Shown here piece by piece: positions 48,553 through 64,000 of a stretch of 64,000 nt of DNA (the first letter of the stretch is position 1; each line of letters begins with the position of its first letter). This DNA comes from Perna viridis (Eukaryota), in the NCBI GenBank assembly GCA_037379345.1, contig CM074519.1, positions 36,172,103-36,236,102 of the forward strand. Direction: 5' to 3'. A model generated the notes under the pieces. It saw only the letters and a program-made list of their open reading frames with translations, searched no databases and had not been told where the DNA came from. The translations under genes and the position numbers were made by a program.

Positions 48553-51517
48553 TCATTATACTATAACAAGGTCTTGTAATAGAGGAATTTAATTTCATGT
48601 AAGAAAAAATTACATAAAACTGATAGCTTGGTGAAGTATTCAAATAATTTTAAGGTTCATTTGCATTAAATGTTATCTACAGAAATCAGACATGTTGGGT
48701 TTTGGCTGATTATGTCGATAATTCTTGATATGTTTTGTGACTAACTTGTATCACATATGGTAGATGTCACTGATATCTCTACAAGGAAGATATTATCTGG
48801 TCTTAATTTAAAATATGTGACATTTTACTTTGAAACTGTTGCAATTAGAGAAAAAGTTTTTGATATGAATGGGTATGACACCATAGAAGTCACTAACACT
48901 TATGTCGTAAATCAGAAAAAAAGTCAGAGAATGCACTTGGTGCACACAATGGACTGCATTGTACATAACTCGCTTACTTTAATTTAAATGGACAGGAATT
49001 AAATTGAAATAGTTTTCTTATTTTGGTACCTTAAATTTTCTTTTCATTTACCAGGTTGTTGTACATATTTGTAAATGGATGAATTAGTATTAATTGAATA
49101 ATCTAAAAGGTAAAAAATTATGATTGACTCTGCACACCTGCATAGTTTAATGAGGAACTGTTTGTCCCAATACTAGTGTTACTGGTATCACCTGGTTAGC
49201 TATTTTGTTCATGGTCCCAACATAGAGAAATTAAAAATCCTTCGGTATATGAGAGTGAATGAACTAGATTTATACTTGTTACTGCTCAATGTTAACAACA
49301 AATGTTTCTACAAATAATAGAAATATCTTTAGAGAAAACCCCCAGAATACTTCTATCACCTTCAATTCTTCAGAATGAAGGAGAAAAAACTTTCTCTGAA
49401 TTAATAAGGCAGGGGCGGAATATATAATTACAGAAATATAACCTACCAACATAAGTGCTATTGAATGTCAGGGTAGGAATGATTAGAAAGACCCTCCACG
49501 GTCAAACCAGATTTACTTTCTATACTATAGTAGTAACCTAATTGAGCAGAAAAATTTAAATTCAGTCAATGAGAACTAGGTATTAAATTTACTTGTGATT
49601 AAAATTCAGTCACTGAGAACTACATGCATAATACAGGTTGTTTTTTTTTTTCTGATCCAACTTCATTTAGTAAGAATTATATGTTCAACTCGTCATTCCC
49701 AACTTTCGAGCAGTAGAAGAAAAAAACATAAAATGTAATATGCTAACTCAGCAAATAAAGTGCTGCACACTGTCTTATCATTACAACAGGAACCTTATCT
49801 CTCTAACCTCAACATGTAATTACCATTTTTATTTAACATATACATCTGCCTATATTTTAACTTAAACAGACCTGGGCTCAATTAATCTAAAAAGTAGTCA
49901 CTTGCATAGTATGTAAACGCATGAAAGATAAAGCCTTAGAATAAACCCAAGTTGAAGCAACCATCACCTTATATCTGTAAAATATGACATGCTGCTGACC
50001 TTCACCTTTACTAGGACACTGTTCAGCTTAATACTGAGAATAACCCTGACCTTCCACCTTGTTTATATCTCTACTTCAATTAACCATAGGATATTTTCTT
50101 TACCTTCACCTTCAAACCTGACTTCAGAATCCAGATGAGGACTGCAGAGACAGGGTTCATTCATGACAGTTGAGTATAAAAATCTAAGCATTTATAGTAA
50201 ATCTAAAATAACAAAAGTTAGAGCAACTACTCTAACTATTTTGGTATAAAGTATGGAATACCACAATACTATAAAAATGTTGTAAAATGATACAAGGAAA
50301 TTACAATGCGACTGAATAGTTAGTTAGAGGGTAACTGATCAAAGCAACTATAATAGTATAGATTATTGGGTGTGAAAAAGTACTCACGACGTAAAAACAC
50401 ACTATCTGAAACTTTTAAAATGTGGAATTATTAGTATGGAGAGTAATAGCTCAAGTATTGATACAGAAGAAAGATAATGAAATAAACTAATACGAAAAAA
50501 GATTTCACCTTAAGGTCATTATATGCGATTTAAGGATTGTTTTTAATTTTTGATCAAGTTATGTAATATAACCAACAAATATTCCATTAAATGTGAAGTG
50601 GTTTATGTTCAAGCATGACATACTAAATTAGTTAATACAAAATAACTTTAAAATGTTGGCAAATGATAACCAAACATTCAGAAGACTAATTACAAATATT
50701 AAGTTATTCTCAAATGTACCAAATAAAGTGACAAATCTATTCCAGGCTTTGGTTTTGGAATCACATAACCGTGCAACATAATCATTTCAGTTATTACTGT
50801 TTAGATCAAGAGTAAATAGCCTGATAGATTGTAAGAGTACATGTATAAATTTTGTTAGAGATCTGCATAATGATAAAGTACCAGAAAACCAGGAACTTTA
50901 ATTAGTATCTTCCTCCAACTTGGGATTCTAATGCTGTAGTAGCTATCAATATGCCCAATTACAAACAATATTAAAACTGTGGGGGGTTGACAATTGATTA
51001 ACTGCCTTTATCAAATCAGACAGGGTAATTCTCAAAAGGGAGATAATTAGTGGAACAAATTACAGGGAAAGTCTCAAAGGTGGCAACAAGTGATCTAAAT
51101 TCATTGCATGTTAATCTGAGTATGAGTCAGCTATTATTAGAACTGGTTTTATCAGATCTTACCAGATTCTATCTAATCATCATCACAACTTTCCTTTGTT
51201 TTCCTAATAGCTTTGTATTGCTACCTCATGGACTATTTAGATAAAAATGACTAGTATGAATAATGATTTCTCAGAATATAAACACTTCAATGATGGAAGT
51301 AAAGCATTCATCATAACAACTTACTATAATGCCCCATCATTCAATGAAATCCTTACACATATCTAGATTTTCATTACGTAAATATATGAACAGATTTCAA
51401 AAAAGCATTTTCTCACTCTGCAATTTGTACAGTGGTAAAGTTGTATTCCTCCTCAGTTCTTACTCTCTACCTTACAGTTACTCTACAGGAACCAGAGGAG
51501 AATGAATAGCAATACAA

Positions 51518-51611
51518 GCCTGTTTACTTGGATCCATCTAGCCTGTCAACTGGACCAACTACCCTGTGAACTGGACCATTTAGTCTGTTAACTGGACCCT
51601 CTAGCCTGTTT
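51518..51611. repeat. 21-bp minisatellite, ~4.5 copies
   Basis: AGCCTGTTAACTGGACCATCT-like units. Confidence 0.75.
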
Positions 51612-52217
51612 CATAAAATTCACTATAAAAACCCTTTCAGTACCTTACCCTAAACCTGAACCTATACTATGTTTACATCATAAACTATGTAGGACTTCAA
51701 GGTATGCTTAATACTGAAAGCCAAAATCATTTAAAATGTACCAAAGGCTTCCTATTAGTGGTTTAAAATTATCTTCTGTATATCCTGAAAACCACAGACA
51801 GGTCATTCTGGGACAAAAAAGTGGGATTTCACCTTATAGAAGGTTTTTATATACACAAGATTACAGAATACCACTGAGAATGAGCCCTATAGCAGAAGGA
51901 AGGTGTAATTGACTGGATCAGATTAACACACCCAATCCATTATAACATCATAAAACCCTGCATGGTTTTGTCAACAGTCCAACTTAACATCAAGTAAACA
52001 TGATACTAAACTAAGGCTTGCTCTGTTACACTAGGTATTGCTTATAGTAAGGTTCTCAGTAAACTGGAATTGGACCTAACTTCCACAGCTCTAAAATGTC
52101 AATCTCTAACAATGTTCCTCTGATGTAGTGAACCAATGGCTCATTCTGTTTCACAAATATCAATCTGTTTTAGCAAGTATCTGTTGGTGTAGATACTGTA
52201 GACTTGCTTTGAGTCCT

Positions 52218-52387
52218 CAGTGGCAAGATCTAGAGATTCACCTAAAGGAGGGGGGGGGGGGGGTACCAGGGGCCCACAAAATAAACCTTGATAAACACAT
52301 TTAAGTGCATACATTTACCTATAATTTTCATACATTTCACATATTGATAGAGGTTGGGCCCCTCAGGCCCCCTAGGATCTGCCTATG
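52218..52387. mobile_element. GC-rich MITE (CAG.GGCGGATC...GATCCGCC.CTG type)
   Basis: CAGTGGCAAGATCTAG ... TAGGATCTGCCTATG ends with an internal G-run. Related ends at ~20478-20489 (GATCCGCCGCTG), ~41383 and ~49410. Confidence 0.55.
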
Positions 52388-53960
52388 GTAAGTTACAGGA
52401 AGGGATTGAAGCAAATCTAGAGTACTGTTGTTGCTTTCTCATTTTATCTGTCTTAGTAAAGATCTATTGATTATCTGGTAGTATACCACAACTCTAGTTG
52501 CACTGAGCTATTCTGGTGACCAAATAAATATCCTCTACATCAAATTTGTCTTTCATCTTTCATGTAGAAAATTACCATCATAAAACTTTCTCATGGAACA
52601 TGGATCCAAGTGGGAAAATCTAATAAATATGTGAAATAATCATGACATGTGTCTGTCCTCTGGTTATCTCCTCTGGTCACAAGCGTGGGACAATGAGAAA
52701 TGTACAAAATATCAGTTGTACTTTTAATTCTATGCCATCTATTCAGGTTTTCTCCATATCAATTTTTCCACTTCACGATGTGTTTTATACAGAAAATAAG
52801 ACCAGGCAATTCATATTGAAATGTCATCATGGATTTGATGAAGATAACATGGTTTGTAACAAACTGACTTCATTTTCAAGATAAAATCATTAAATAAATA
52901 GATTACTAAATGTGTAGATTGTCTGAGTGAACATTTGCCTTTCACCTGCAACAAAAGAACCCAGACAAAATATGATATGCACTTTAAAACAAACTTCACC
53001 GAATTTTGTGCTGATGAAAATCAATTCTGCCATCATCCAGAACACAATTTTTGATTCATGATAATATAGCCAGGGTTCTTGGCTTTTGACTTCATAACAT
53101 AAAAAAGATTTTATCTCTTTCTAAAGAAATTAGTTCAAGAAGGTTTAATTTGGAGAAGTTATTAAAATACCTTTTTAGATATTGACTTTTTCATTAAAAA
53201 ATACATCAGCAATCTCAAATAATTTACTTAAACCAATTTTCTTGACATTTCATGTTTGAGATCTTTCTAACAAGGTAAATGGCAGTTTATTTCTATGGAA
53301 AGAATTTTATTTGACCACTTGAACTACTGAACGGAAATGCAAAGAAATTATTTACACTTAATTTTCTTTTTAAATTGTAGCAGTAAATTCTTTTTTATAG
53401 TCTACCCTGATTTATAATGAAATTTCTTAAAATTATAGAGGAAAATCTTTCTTTTATGACCAAACTGGGTTAAATGTGCATCATAAATTAAATATAATTA
53501 TATTATTAATATCAAATTTACTATAACAACAAAAAATACAGTAAATGGCATGTTAAATATTTCAATTAAGATTCTGAATTAATGCTAAAATCCTGTTACC
53601 ATAATATGTTTATCTTATCCAAAGGATTTTTTGGTGTAAATCCTCCTTTCATTAAATGATAAAGTACTGTAAGGTACAGCAAAGGGAGATAATCCTATTA
53701 CATGGACCAGTATTTTGAAGCTGGGATGATCATAAAAGACTACTTATACAGCTGTGTCAATTCAAAATAAACAACAATCATCACAATAACATAATCTGGT
53801 ATCCCTAGCAACTTATTTCCCATTATCAAACACAGATTTAAACCAGCCTCAACCTTTGATATTATCATCTTCACTGTGGCCAAATTCTGTCCTCATACGA
53901 CATATTACATATCTAGAAGCTACTCGTATGTTTTACCAATGAACATTAAAAAAAAAGCAA

Positions 53961-54220
53961 GGCAGCAACCATTTCATTTTCTGGGAAAGGCAATGGACTT
54001 CAAATAAAAAAAAAATTTCAAATTTTTTTTAGAAAAAAAAATGTTTGACTTCAACAGCATTTGTATTACTCACCACCTTTACTACCTTTAAATGTATAAA
54101 TTTGAAGAAAAAAAATTGTTTTCAACTTGTCACGAAAAATTTAATTGTTTTTCATAATAGGAAAATAAATGATGGTCTATGAAAATCCATAACCCCACAG
54201 AAAATCAAATGGTTGCTGTC
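53961..54220. mobile_element. MITE with 23-bp TIRs
   Basis: GGCAGCAACCATTTCATTTTCTG vs the reverse complement of CAGAAAATCAAATGGTTGCTGTC (21/23). Confidence 0.75.
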
Positions 54221-57200
54221 AAAATGGATACTGCACAAAAAGTTCATAAATCATGGTGTTGTAGGGGGAAATTTTCAATAAAAGATTAAAAGGTGAATAC
54301 CATGTTGATTTTTACAATTCAAGTAAACCAGCTTTCTATGATGTTAAAAAATCCACGAAACCATTACATATGTATTACTAAGTAGCAATTTCACAAAATT
54401 GAAAACTTTACAATAATATAAAAATAGTATACTAGAAAGACAACAGATTCCACTAAGTCCTAACTACATACAATTCATGTATTATGTCAATATCAAACAC
54501 TTCTGAGGACACAGATCTAACCCATTTACAAAATAGGTAACCCTAAATCTACCCACAGCCATAAAAGGCTGTAAAATAAATGGAGGCCCATCATCAATAA
54601 ACAAGTTATGGGTGAAAGGAAACTAATGACCTGACACATTGTGGAGGGAAACTGAATGGACAAGATCATTTTACGCATCCACCCTCTCATCTTGTCCAGT
54701 GGCGGTACAATGGACATAAACTATACTTTAACTAAGTCTATACAACTTTAGCCTATATCTATGGGAGGGGGTCATTAATTCTTACTTAGTTATGAAGGTC
54801 AATGGTGTCAAATAATAGTGACATTTTTAACACAGAGGGCACACTTTGAAGATTTGCACATCTGCTTGAAAAGTGTTGAAAAAGAAAAGTGACAATTACT
54901 AAGAGAATGGTAGAATAACTCAGAAAGATGAATAGGAATTTAAAGATCAATTGGTCAAAAAATTTATCCAAATTGTCTTTTCCTGTTAACAGATATGGTA
55001 CATGAAAGTATTTGGTTGGATCAACAATAGTATTTTATAGAGACAGAAGGAGATAGCCACATGTAATAATTTACAACACTTAATACTAAGAACAGGTAAT
55101 AAAAAAACACACACAAGACATAAGTAATTTTATAACCCTCTTTGAAAAGGTAATCCATCCTTAAATTTGTGGAAAGAAAATAAGACATTGGGGAACTAAA
55201 AACTCCTGCATGAACTTTATTTGCCTGCAACAGCCGGTGTTCAGAGACAACTGGTGAACAATAACAAATCATCCATGCATGTAGAGACCTACTTAGATCA
55301 AAATGAATTTTCTATAAGGATAGATCCATTGTTTATAAATGTATTTGGTGAAAAATTAATAAATATTAATAATGCTAACATCCTGTTTTATTATCACATG
55401 GGCATCTCCCAGAATGCATCCTGTTTTATCATCATATGGGTATCTCCCAGAATAACATTTCCACCTATAAAAAGCAGAGAAATGACAATAATATGGAAGA
55501 AAGAACTTAATAGGCTCAGCTGCATTGTCTCTGGTAAATTTAGGCAGGTGACAGGCCCACCAGGATTCACAATGATCAAACTAAAATATTACATAATATC
55601 AATTTCTTTGTTACTTGTTAGTTTGACAACTATCAAACAGACATGCTTCATCTATCACTGGTGGTGCTCCTGTCCAGAGCTATCAGACAGACATGCTTCA
55701 TCCACCACTGCCAGCACTAGTGATGCTTCCTTTGGTTATCAAACAATGATTTCATTGACATTATAAAGCCTTAATTAAACAGCGTCTGGGAGACATCCAT
55801 TGTCAAACCATATTCATCTCTCTCTGGAATTTTCAAGAGTCATTTCTGTATCATTACATCTCCTAATAATCTAATAACACTTCATACACAAGTGGTTCCA
55901 TGAGACAGCTTTGTTCAGTCCCTCGTTACTTAAAAGACCGTAAGAATTTTTCTCACTAACGCTCAATTTATCTCTTAATTAAGGACTACTGATGAGTATG
56001 GAACCTGGAACTATTGTTGATTTTAGCCGTAATGTGTTGATTTCATAAAACGTCAATAAATCGTACAATGGTTTGAAAAGATAATTATTACAACTGATAA
56101 TTTATTCAGTGAAAAAAATATAACATCAAAGAGTTGGACAGGTTCCACTGGGGAAATTGAGAAAGATTAAAACTGGAAATTATAAGTTATGGCCCTTTGT
56201 TCTCTGTAATAAAGAAAAAAACACAACTTCCTTTTTTGCTAATTAAGGAGTAAAAGGAAGCCTTAATTATTTCTTGATTACACAGGTTTAATTAAAGTTA
56301 TACAATGTTCATTATAGTTGTCTTTGTCATGAAGGACAGTGATAAAATTGAAGTTGAATGAGTTATGACCCTTTGATTAAAACAATTAATTAATATGTGT
56401 CTGTGATTTGAAATATTTTGAGGAAGAAAATGTGCAAAATGCAAGTCTGGTTAGGAAAAAAATCAATATTAGTTTCATGTTTATTCTCAAGTCTGAAGGT
56501 TGGAAAATTTACAACTTTAATGACAACATGAGCCAAGCATCAAAAGTAAATGCCATTAATAAGGTCAATAGTATGACTAATTACAATTCTTAATACATGT
56601 ATAACTTCAGCTTTTTTTTCTTTCCTGTTTTGAATAGTGAATTGGCCCATTTTTTTCATATTTCAATATCAAACTTAAACAATTACCAGATGCACATACA
56701 ATTTAATCCCCTGTTAAGTGTTGAAATGAGGACCTCATTGTTGAAAAATATCCCAAGGTATCATGTTATGACATATATTCACTAAATTGTAGACCCCATG
56801 TTGAAGCTCTCTCAATTATTACAATATCAAAATTATCTGAATGGAGACCTCCTTGTTGAAACCTATCCATTCCAAGCCTAGATGAAATTGAAGACACCCT
56901 TGTATGAAACTATCCCAAATATATCAAATTCTCATACATCATAATTGATACAATTCCATTCAGTTTTGTCCTATTATTTACCTCATTTGTTTACAAAAAA
57001 TTGACTGACGTGACCAACAACAAATTAATTTCAGAAACATATCCCTTCACAAGTGGGTAACTCTATTACCAGTTTATTCTATATTGACACACTGTATCCA
57101 CTGAGATTTGTTTTCCTCTCATCTTATACCATAAGTGATGTATTAGTCTTCAGAGTATGTCTCCCTGTTGGGTTTTATGGTTTTATACCCATTAATGAGG

Positions 57201-60200
57201 TGTATAAATTGAATTTTTATGAGTTGACAATGAGTATAATTGTTCATATGTAATAATGATGGATCACGGGGTAACATGATAGGTATTAAAATCTACACCA
57301 ATAGTGTCAGTAATTAATACATTAGGGCAGGCAAGACAAACTTGTCAATAGAGTATAAGTAAGGCTTTGTTGGTGTAATTTGTAGTTCATGCCTGGTAAA
57401 TATTGAAAAACATATCCTTTTTCATTAAAGAAAAATATGTTACTTGTTCACATGTAAGCTTTTTCGTAGCAGTGATTATTTTATACATTATGATATATGA
57501 AGCTTATTTGCTCTTTTGCAGTGAATAGATATTCCCTTTTTTCATAAAGAAAACCACTCCTGTGCTTTGTCCTTATAGCTACTAAGATGATGATAATAAG
57601 GATTTCTATGTAACTGTGGTCTCCCTTGATTTGATGTTTTTTATATTTATCACTGAGGTTTCCATGTGACCTTTCATGCACTTACATACCTCAATAATAA
57701 TGGGATTAGATGTTAATTTGTTGACAGAAAGACAATATGCACTCAGATTGAACAAAAACACAGTTCATGGAGTAACACACCAACCACAGAACCTATAATA
57801 TGTACTGACACCATTTCTTGTCACCATAACATAATTTTACAGAACATTAGTTCATAATTTATAACACTCTACATATCAAGAAATCAAGAATTCAAATCAA
57901 AGGATGTCAAACCCTCATCCAGTATGTTTTCTGCTAGAGTAAATATGCACCAGCTGAATAAAAACACTTCCTGTCTTTGGTATCTACTTGAGTAAGTCTG
58001 CATTCAACCCCCTGCATCACACGAATCCAAAGAAAAATAATAAGCATTTCCTAGACAAAATATTTAACTGCACATCTTTGTAAGAATTAGGCAAAATGGA
58101 TAAAAAAACAAGCCTGCCAAAACCCTATCTGACAATGCAATTTCACTATATATTGATCTCTATATATTACTGTATATTTTCAGAATTTGTTCATAAGAAT
58201 GTTAAGAAACTGAGGTTTTTGACAGAGTTATCTGCCCATGGAAAGATATTTGCAGTGTATTTCAACAATGAAATTATAACACATTTTTACCAAAATGATA
58301 GGGAAAATCTTATCTTTATTCCTTGAGTTTGTTTGTATAAATGTCAAAGTGGTAGGTTATTTAGTTATATCATGCATGCCTTGTTTCACCCCGCTGCCCG
58401 ATTCTTACAAAAACTGCTTCTTAATACTAAATTAAACTCTGCACTCAGTATGAAAGAGTTTGACCTTGTTCCTTCACATTTTTTCCCATCACTGCACTTT
58501 AATATCATTCAATCTATTTATCCTGCAGTTTCTCCTACAAACCACAACCTAATATCAACCTAATATCAATCATATCAGTTAAGTTTTCACCATGGAGAAG
58601 AAAACATCAACAGGTCAAACACAGCATTATTGGAAATAAGAGGAACCAACATCACTTAGAAAGTCAATTTATGGAGACTGAGATGGTGTTAAGAGTAATG
58701 AGGGAGAAATTTACCAAGTACTTGTCATAGTTCAATACCCAGTACCCAATCATATTAAACTGGTCTTAATTATGGTTTTTTTGAGTTGTAGATGATTGAA
58801 AGAACATTTGTCAATGGCTAATGATATGAAAGCTGTGTATTTGAAACCCTATTTTCCAACATTTTTAGCATGTTTAATTGTTTGCTGTGTACAATTTAGT
58901 GTAGTATTCTTTTTCTTTTAAGGGTAACAAAGAATAATAATAAAAAAATGTACCTAATTCAGTGCTTCCATTCTTGTTGAAGACCTTTTTGTGATATCTG
59001 AAAGGATTTACTATTTTTCTATTTAGGTTATATCTTATGCATTTGTTGCGTTTCACCATCTCCCTTCTTGTTTTTCTCTATAAATAACTTCTCAAACAAG
59101 GCAACAATATTCATCCTTTTTTAATTGCATAAGCATTATGTTTACTTTTCACAGAAGAACAAAAGGTATAAGTAACAATGAAACATACAGTGATCTGGTG
59201 TAAAGCAACCCTACAATTAAAAGTAAGTGTTCAAACAGAGAGTTTTCTATCAAATGAAACTGACTATAAGTGAAAGCTGACAGACATGATGTATCTGACC
59301 ACTTTTTATACTGATTGAGTAACTGTCACTATATTGCCTCAGAAGAAATAAGGTCAGGAAAACAAATACCCAACAAACCAAAATTGGCCAATAAGAATAG
59401 AATGCCCTGATTAACCAAGTATGTAGACAAAACATCTGAACTAAAGTAAAAATGACTGATTATCAGCTTTTCCATTACAGAATTAGCTCCAGTATTCTAC
59501 TATGCTTCAAAGGTCTTTTGTCAGCCATGGTAAAATAGTGATAAACATATAACCATCATCTTAGACATATGATGGTCTTATTTCCACATCATTGATAAAT
59601 TTTACCCATAGTGGAAATTTTCTCCACAGCAGTTGCCATTTCTAGTCCTATTAGAATCAAAATAAGCTATCGTCCTGGGATGAAAAAAAAATAATAGCAT
59701 CAATGTCCAGCCTGTGGTTATACAATGATAAATTGAAATAGCCTTAAATTATTTCTGTAATAAAGTAACCAAACTGAAGATAGCTTAAACTGTCTTCTTT
59801 TCCTTGACCACCTCATAAATCTTCAAAACCACTCACCCAGAGCAAAGACCTAAAGGAATGTTGACAAGAGCATTCACATCAAGGCTATTGGCTTTCTTAT
59901 TGCCATAAAAGTAAAGTGCTCCTATCTTTAGGAAATGTTTATTTTTCATAAATCATGGTGGACAACTTTGGACATCAGCTTATTATTGTTACACCTTGTA
60001 GTGACAGCCTTTTGTCTGATTTTGATTCAAATTCCTTACTTTAATACCTTGTCTTACACCTGGATAGATTAATATCACTGGACCAACAGCAAATTGAAAT
60101 TCCATAAAAACTTTAATGGGTCAGTAGTCAGCTAAGATAAACTTGGACACTAGTACAGTGTATGTGACAGTCAATTAAGTCCCCTTTAAATAAATCTAGG

Positions 60201-63200
60201 GCAATGACCCTAATGACTGCTTTTAAAGGAGAGGTGTAACCAACCTGCTAGAATTCCCCCTGTTGTTGGTCATTCTAGAGAAATGTTCTAAGGTTTGTAT
60301 TCAACCTGTTAGAATGGCCCATATTTTTGGTTTTTTTGCAGAGAAAAAAGCACACTGGTCAGGAAATTTAAGGTTTTGATTGTTACACTAAAAAAATTAC
60401 TATCACAGAAAACCATTGTTTGAATGTAATAAAAAGTTCCTCATAGTCAAAGAACAAAACTAAAGTTAAGATAACAACTAAAAGCAAACCAAACAAAAAT
60501 GTTTAAGAACAAATAGGTCTCCTCCAGAATTGATGGTGACTAAAACCATACAGAAATTTCAAAAGTATGACTTTCACAATAAATCCAAACTACTAGAATA
60601 AAGGCACACACTATACTTAATTAGCACTGAAGTAAGAATAGATATGCTGTGTACTAGACTGACATATTAACATTTCCCTACCATAAAAAACTACAATTCC
60701 AGAAACTTAATTTCAGCAGATAATGGAAATGAGCTTCAGTTCCTTCCTCAAACAAAGCCTACTCTATAATAGGCAATTTATAAAACAGCATTCAATGTTT
60801 GCTCCGTAAATATTAACGTGTCGGTTCCGTGGGGAAAAATTCTGTACAAGATGTATTGGGAATATGTAAATTGCTAAAGCCTGAAAACTTTCATCAGGCT
60901 CCAAATCACTGCACAATAGATAAGTAAACAGAAATATTTAATGGAAATGAGGGAGATTTTTTTTATGCCATGGTTTTATGACTAAAAGATCCATTATTGA
61001 TGAAGCTGTTTTGAAATCTTTGTTGACTGTTAGATGGCATTAAAGCTTCCGGGTATTTTTTATGACATTCCTTGTTAAATCAACCATATCATGAAACAAC
61101 TTTGGAGGTTTTTTTTTCATTGCTTTTGTAGAACTGCTAAGTCATGTCTCATAATGAACTTATCTAAAAATGTTTTAGCAATTCTTTGGCCTTCAGTTCT
61201 GAGTAATCATTTTTCTTCAAAATTTCTAAAAATCATTTGAGAAAGGAAGAAGTTTCAATGCAGATTACTGCAAATAAACTATTTTTTTCTTGATATCTAT
61301 TTTTGCGATAGTTGGTTTTCAAACTTTATGTTGGTAACGTTGAAAGGTACCATATAAGAATGTATACCAGTACTTACTTACCTTCATATATAATCACTGA
61401 TGATTGTAAAATTAGTGAAAATGAGTACACAATTTCAGTACTGATACCAAGTAATAAGAAAATCAGCCTTAAAACCCTTTGATTACTAGTAATTTCTGAT
61501 CCAGCAGACCAACAAAAATCATGGCAATTGTGTAAATACTTCCTCCGTTTTCAATGGGTGAGTAGAAATATGGCAGGTGTAGTATGTCGAACAATTAAAT
61601 CCAGAAAACTTCGAAAAATGTGAATTTCAGACATTATGTTACCACCTTTTCACATCTAATTGGGGAAATATGGTCTTAATTTTCTATGGTTCAAAAGAAC
61701 TACAGTTTTATAAGACAATAACAAGCTCTATCCAGAAACAACCAGAAACAAAGCTATCCAGGCACAACTAGAAAACAGAGTAAATATCAACTGTTGTTCT
61801 AGAAATGTTTCACAAATAGAAATTCTGACTTATAGATCTATGTGAATTGTCAGGAGCTGATTGATATTCAGAGTCAATGAACTAATTACTGAAGCACTTG
61901 TGAGACTATTGGCAAGATCTGAACCCCTCATCAAGGTGTTTTGTATAGAAGTATCAGATGTTATAATGCCATAGATTTATCTTTTGCTACTTTTCATCAC
62001 ACAATCAGAAAATCTTAAGTTTTTTTTTCTCACTGATCAAAGGTTCCAGCATTATCAAAACAATATCAAAGATCACAGCAAAACTATATCATCTCTTTCC
62101 AAAAAAATTCTATTCTGTTAAAACAAAAACTGATTTTAGATTTTACTGGTATCAAAATTATTAATAAATACTGTGGCAAACTCACTAAAATTTGGTAAGA
62201 AAACAGACATATTGTCAAAATAAAAATGGGTCAAAGACAGAAACGACAGGGTTGCTGAAGACAGGAAGTAGAAGTGTGACAGACCTGAAGTAGCATCCCA
62301 CAATATGGACCCCATACTTAAGTTAGATACTAAAGGCTGTATCAGAAGAAATTATACTGAAAAAAGACAGTACACAAAATTTGATACTAGTTCCCCCCTA
62401 GAAACCAAATGGCTGCACCCTAAAGTAATCTCATTAGTGGCTATTACAAACAATACAACCATTACAGAAACAACTGGCTGGCCCATAATGTAATTTTTCT
62501 TTAATTCTTCTGATTCGTATATTAACTCATTGATTTGTTAAAGATCCATGCTCAAACACCCCACTCTGGGTAAAGTATACAGCATTATTAGACAAAGTTC
62601 TGGTCAAGTAATCATCACAAAAAGTGCTATTCCCAACTAAGAGGCAATACAAACACTTAAACATGTCAGATATTTGGTTATTTACATCAACACTTGCGTC
62701 ACTCTACCCTTCCTGAAGTTATTTGCACATAATAATGACAGTCTGTTATGCCACAACAATAAAACCATCATCTAATACTACTCTTCCAACACCCAAAGTA
62801 CAATTTAATTTGCCACTTTAAAATTTTAATATCACTTACAAAGTATTGAAGTTCCTTTGAGAATTTCCTGACAACATATTTTATTGAAAATGCAATAACT
62901 GATGTTCTTTTATCAATTCCCAATGTTATACACATGAATGAATGTAGATATTTTCAAACATACAATTGATGGTTTTATCTTCAGAAATTTGAATTTAAAA
63001 TGCAAGAAATAGCTTTGGGATAAACTCAAGGCTGGGTTTCATATTGCACATTATACTTTTATTGCTGTTCGCATAGTTACATAATATAAATTAGTCTAAT
63101 AATACAAGTTATTGGCTGTTTGTTCAGCATTATGATCCATACAAATTATCTTACTTAATAAGCTGCCATCTAAAACTTTTTCCAGCTTCATACAACTTCC

Positions 63201-63699
63201 TGAACATTGACAGTAATTAGATTCTAATCACACAATCAAACCAATACTCCAGTTTATGAACTTACAGATTCCATGTCTTAATTGTACATGTATCTGCAAT
63301 TAAAGACCTATACCAAGTATACCCAAACTATAAAAATCTCGTGTCAGTTATCAAGATCTTATGCCCAGTTTTACATGTACCTGTAGTGGTTAACAGAGAA
63401 CATTATCTGCTTTACTACAGCTAATTATACATGTACCTATATGATATTTATTGTAATCACCAGATTTATGAGGTTGATAGGTTTTTGTTTTCTGTATCTA
63501 TTCTCAGTAACATCAGTGTATGACTTCCTATTTAATTATTATCAAAGCAGACATCACAGACACAACACTTAGTGCCAAAATGCACATGGAAGAATTCCGC
63601 CAAAAACATGCTCAAATTATTCCAATTTTTTTTTTTTGTCTTCCAGTTCTCATGTTACTGCTTCCTTCTCAGTAATATTCACTGTGAACAGCCAGACTG

Positions 63700-63953
63700 A
63701 GAAAACAAACCTTTAAGTTGGATAATCTCCCTTTACAGTGACCTTAGAATAATAATCTCCATTCTACATATGATGTCTAAACATCTCAGATATTGGATAA
63801 TAATTATCTTCCTTATTCAAATCTAAATATGATTCCTATAAAAATTAATCATTTGGTGGTTTATGAGGAGATAACCTTACAAGATGCAAGGACGAACAGA
63901 TAGATAGACTAGCAATTCCTGTACCCCCAAAAGTTTATTTCCATGGGTATAAT
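63700..63953 (-). mobile_element. Degenerate HINE-like element end
   Basis: GAGGAGATAACCTTACAAG, a GACGAACAGATAGATAGAC microsatellite-like tract and a TACCCCC...GGGTATAAT terminal stem; same layout as 31650-31726. Confidence 0.45.
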
Positions 63954-64000
63954 GAGTACACCATTTGTTCAATTAATGCGTCCTCAAATATGAAGGTCTA

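Noticed and set aside
47930-48579. 179/209-aa repetitive ORFs as mucin- or adhesive-like proteins
   Set aside because: Unit lengths are not multiples of 3, so the same peptides cycle through frames. TTG starts and intronic position point to a minisatellite artefact.
50103-50140. Possible upstream micro-exon of the minus-strand gene (ctgcAG...GAAG|GTAAAG)
   Set aside because: Splice-like sites are plausible, but 38 nt gives no peptide evidence; cannot be supported without transcripts.
55221-55766. 181-aa ORF
   Set aside because: TTG start, AT-biased composition, includes a short internal duplication, and has no recognisable motif.

Overview
This is AT-rich eukaryotic (metazoan) genomic DNA. 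Its repeat repertoire resembles that of bivalve molluscs such as mytilids; that assignment is an inference. I found no prokaryotic operons, CRISPR arrays, rRNA or tRNA. Main content: (1) a near full-length but inactivated non-LTR retrotransposon, most like the RTEX clade (~5.9-10.9 kb), nested inside a 7.47-kb non-autonomous DNA transposon with 39-bp terminal inverted repeats (TIRs) and TA flanks (5815-13283); (2) a degenerate Penelope-like reverse transcriptase (RT) relic (~15.0-15.9 kb); (3) the last two coding exons of a minus-strand gene (42220-42349 and 27369-27660), which splice in frame across a 14.6-kb GT-AG intron and encode a Cys/His-rich C-terminus I cannot assign to a family, with upstream exons not identified; (4) many MITEs, Helentron-associated (HINE-like) satellite carriers and minisatellites (33, 64, ~30, ~160, 48/52, ~33 and ~28 bp units). 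Most notable observations: pervasive TA-CATG-TA and TA-CCGG-TA palindromes that look like Tc1/mariner excision scars, including one that adds two codons inside the LINE RT; the LINE-in-TIR composite; and a decayed tandem copy of the 3' end and splice donor of the penultimate exon.
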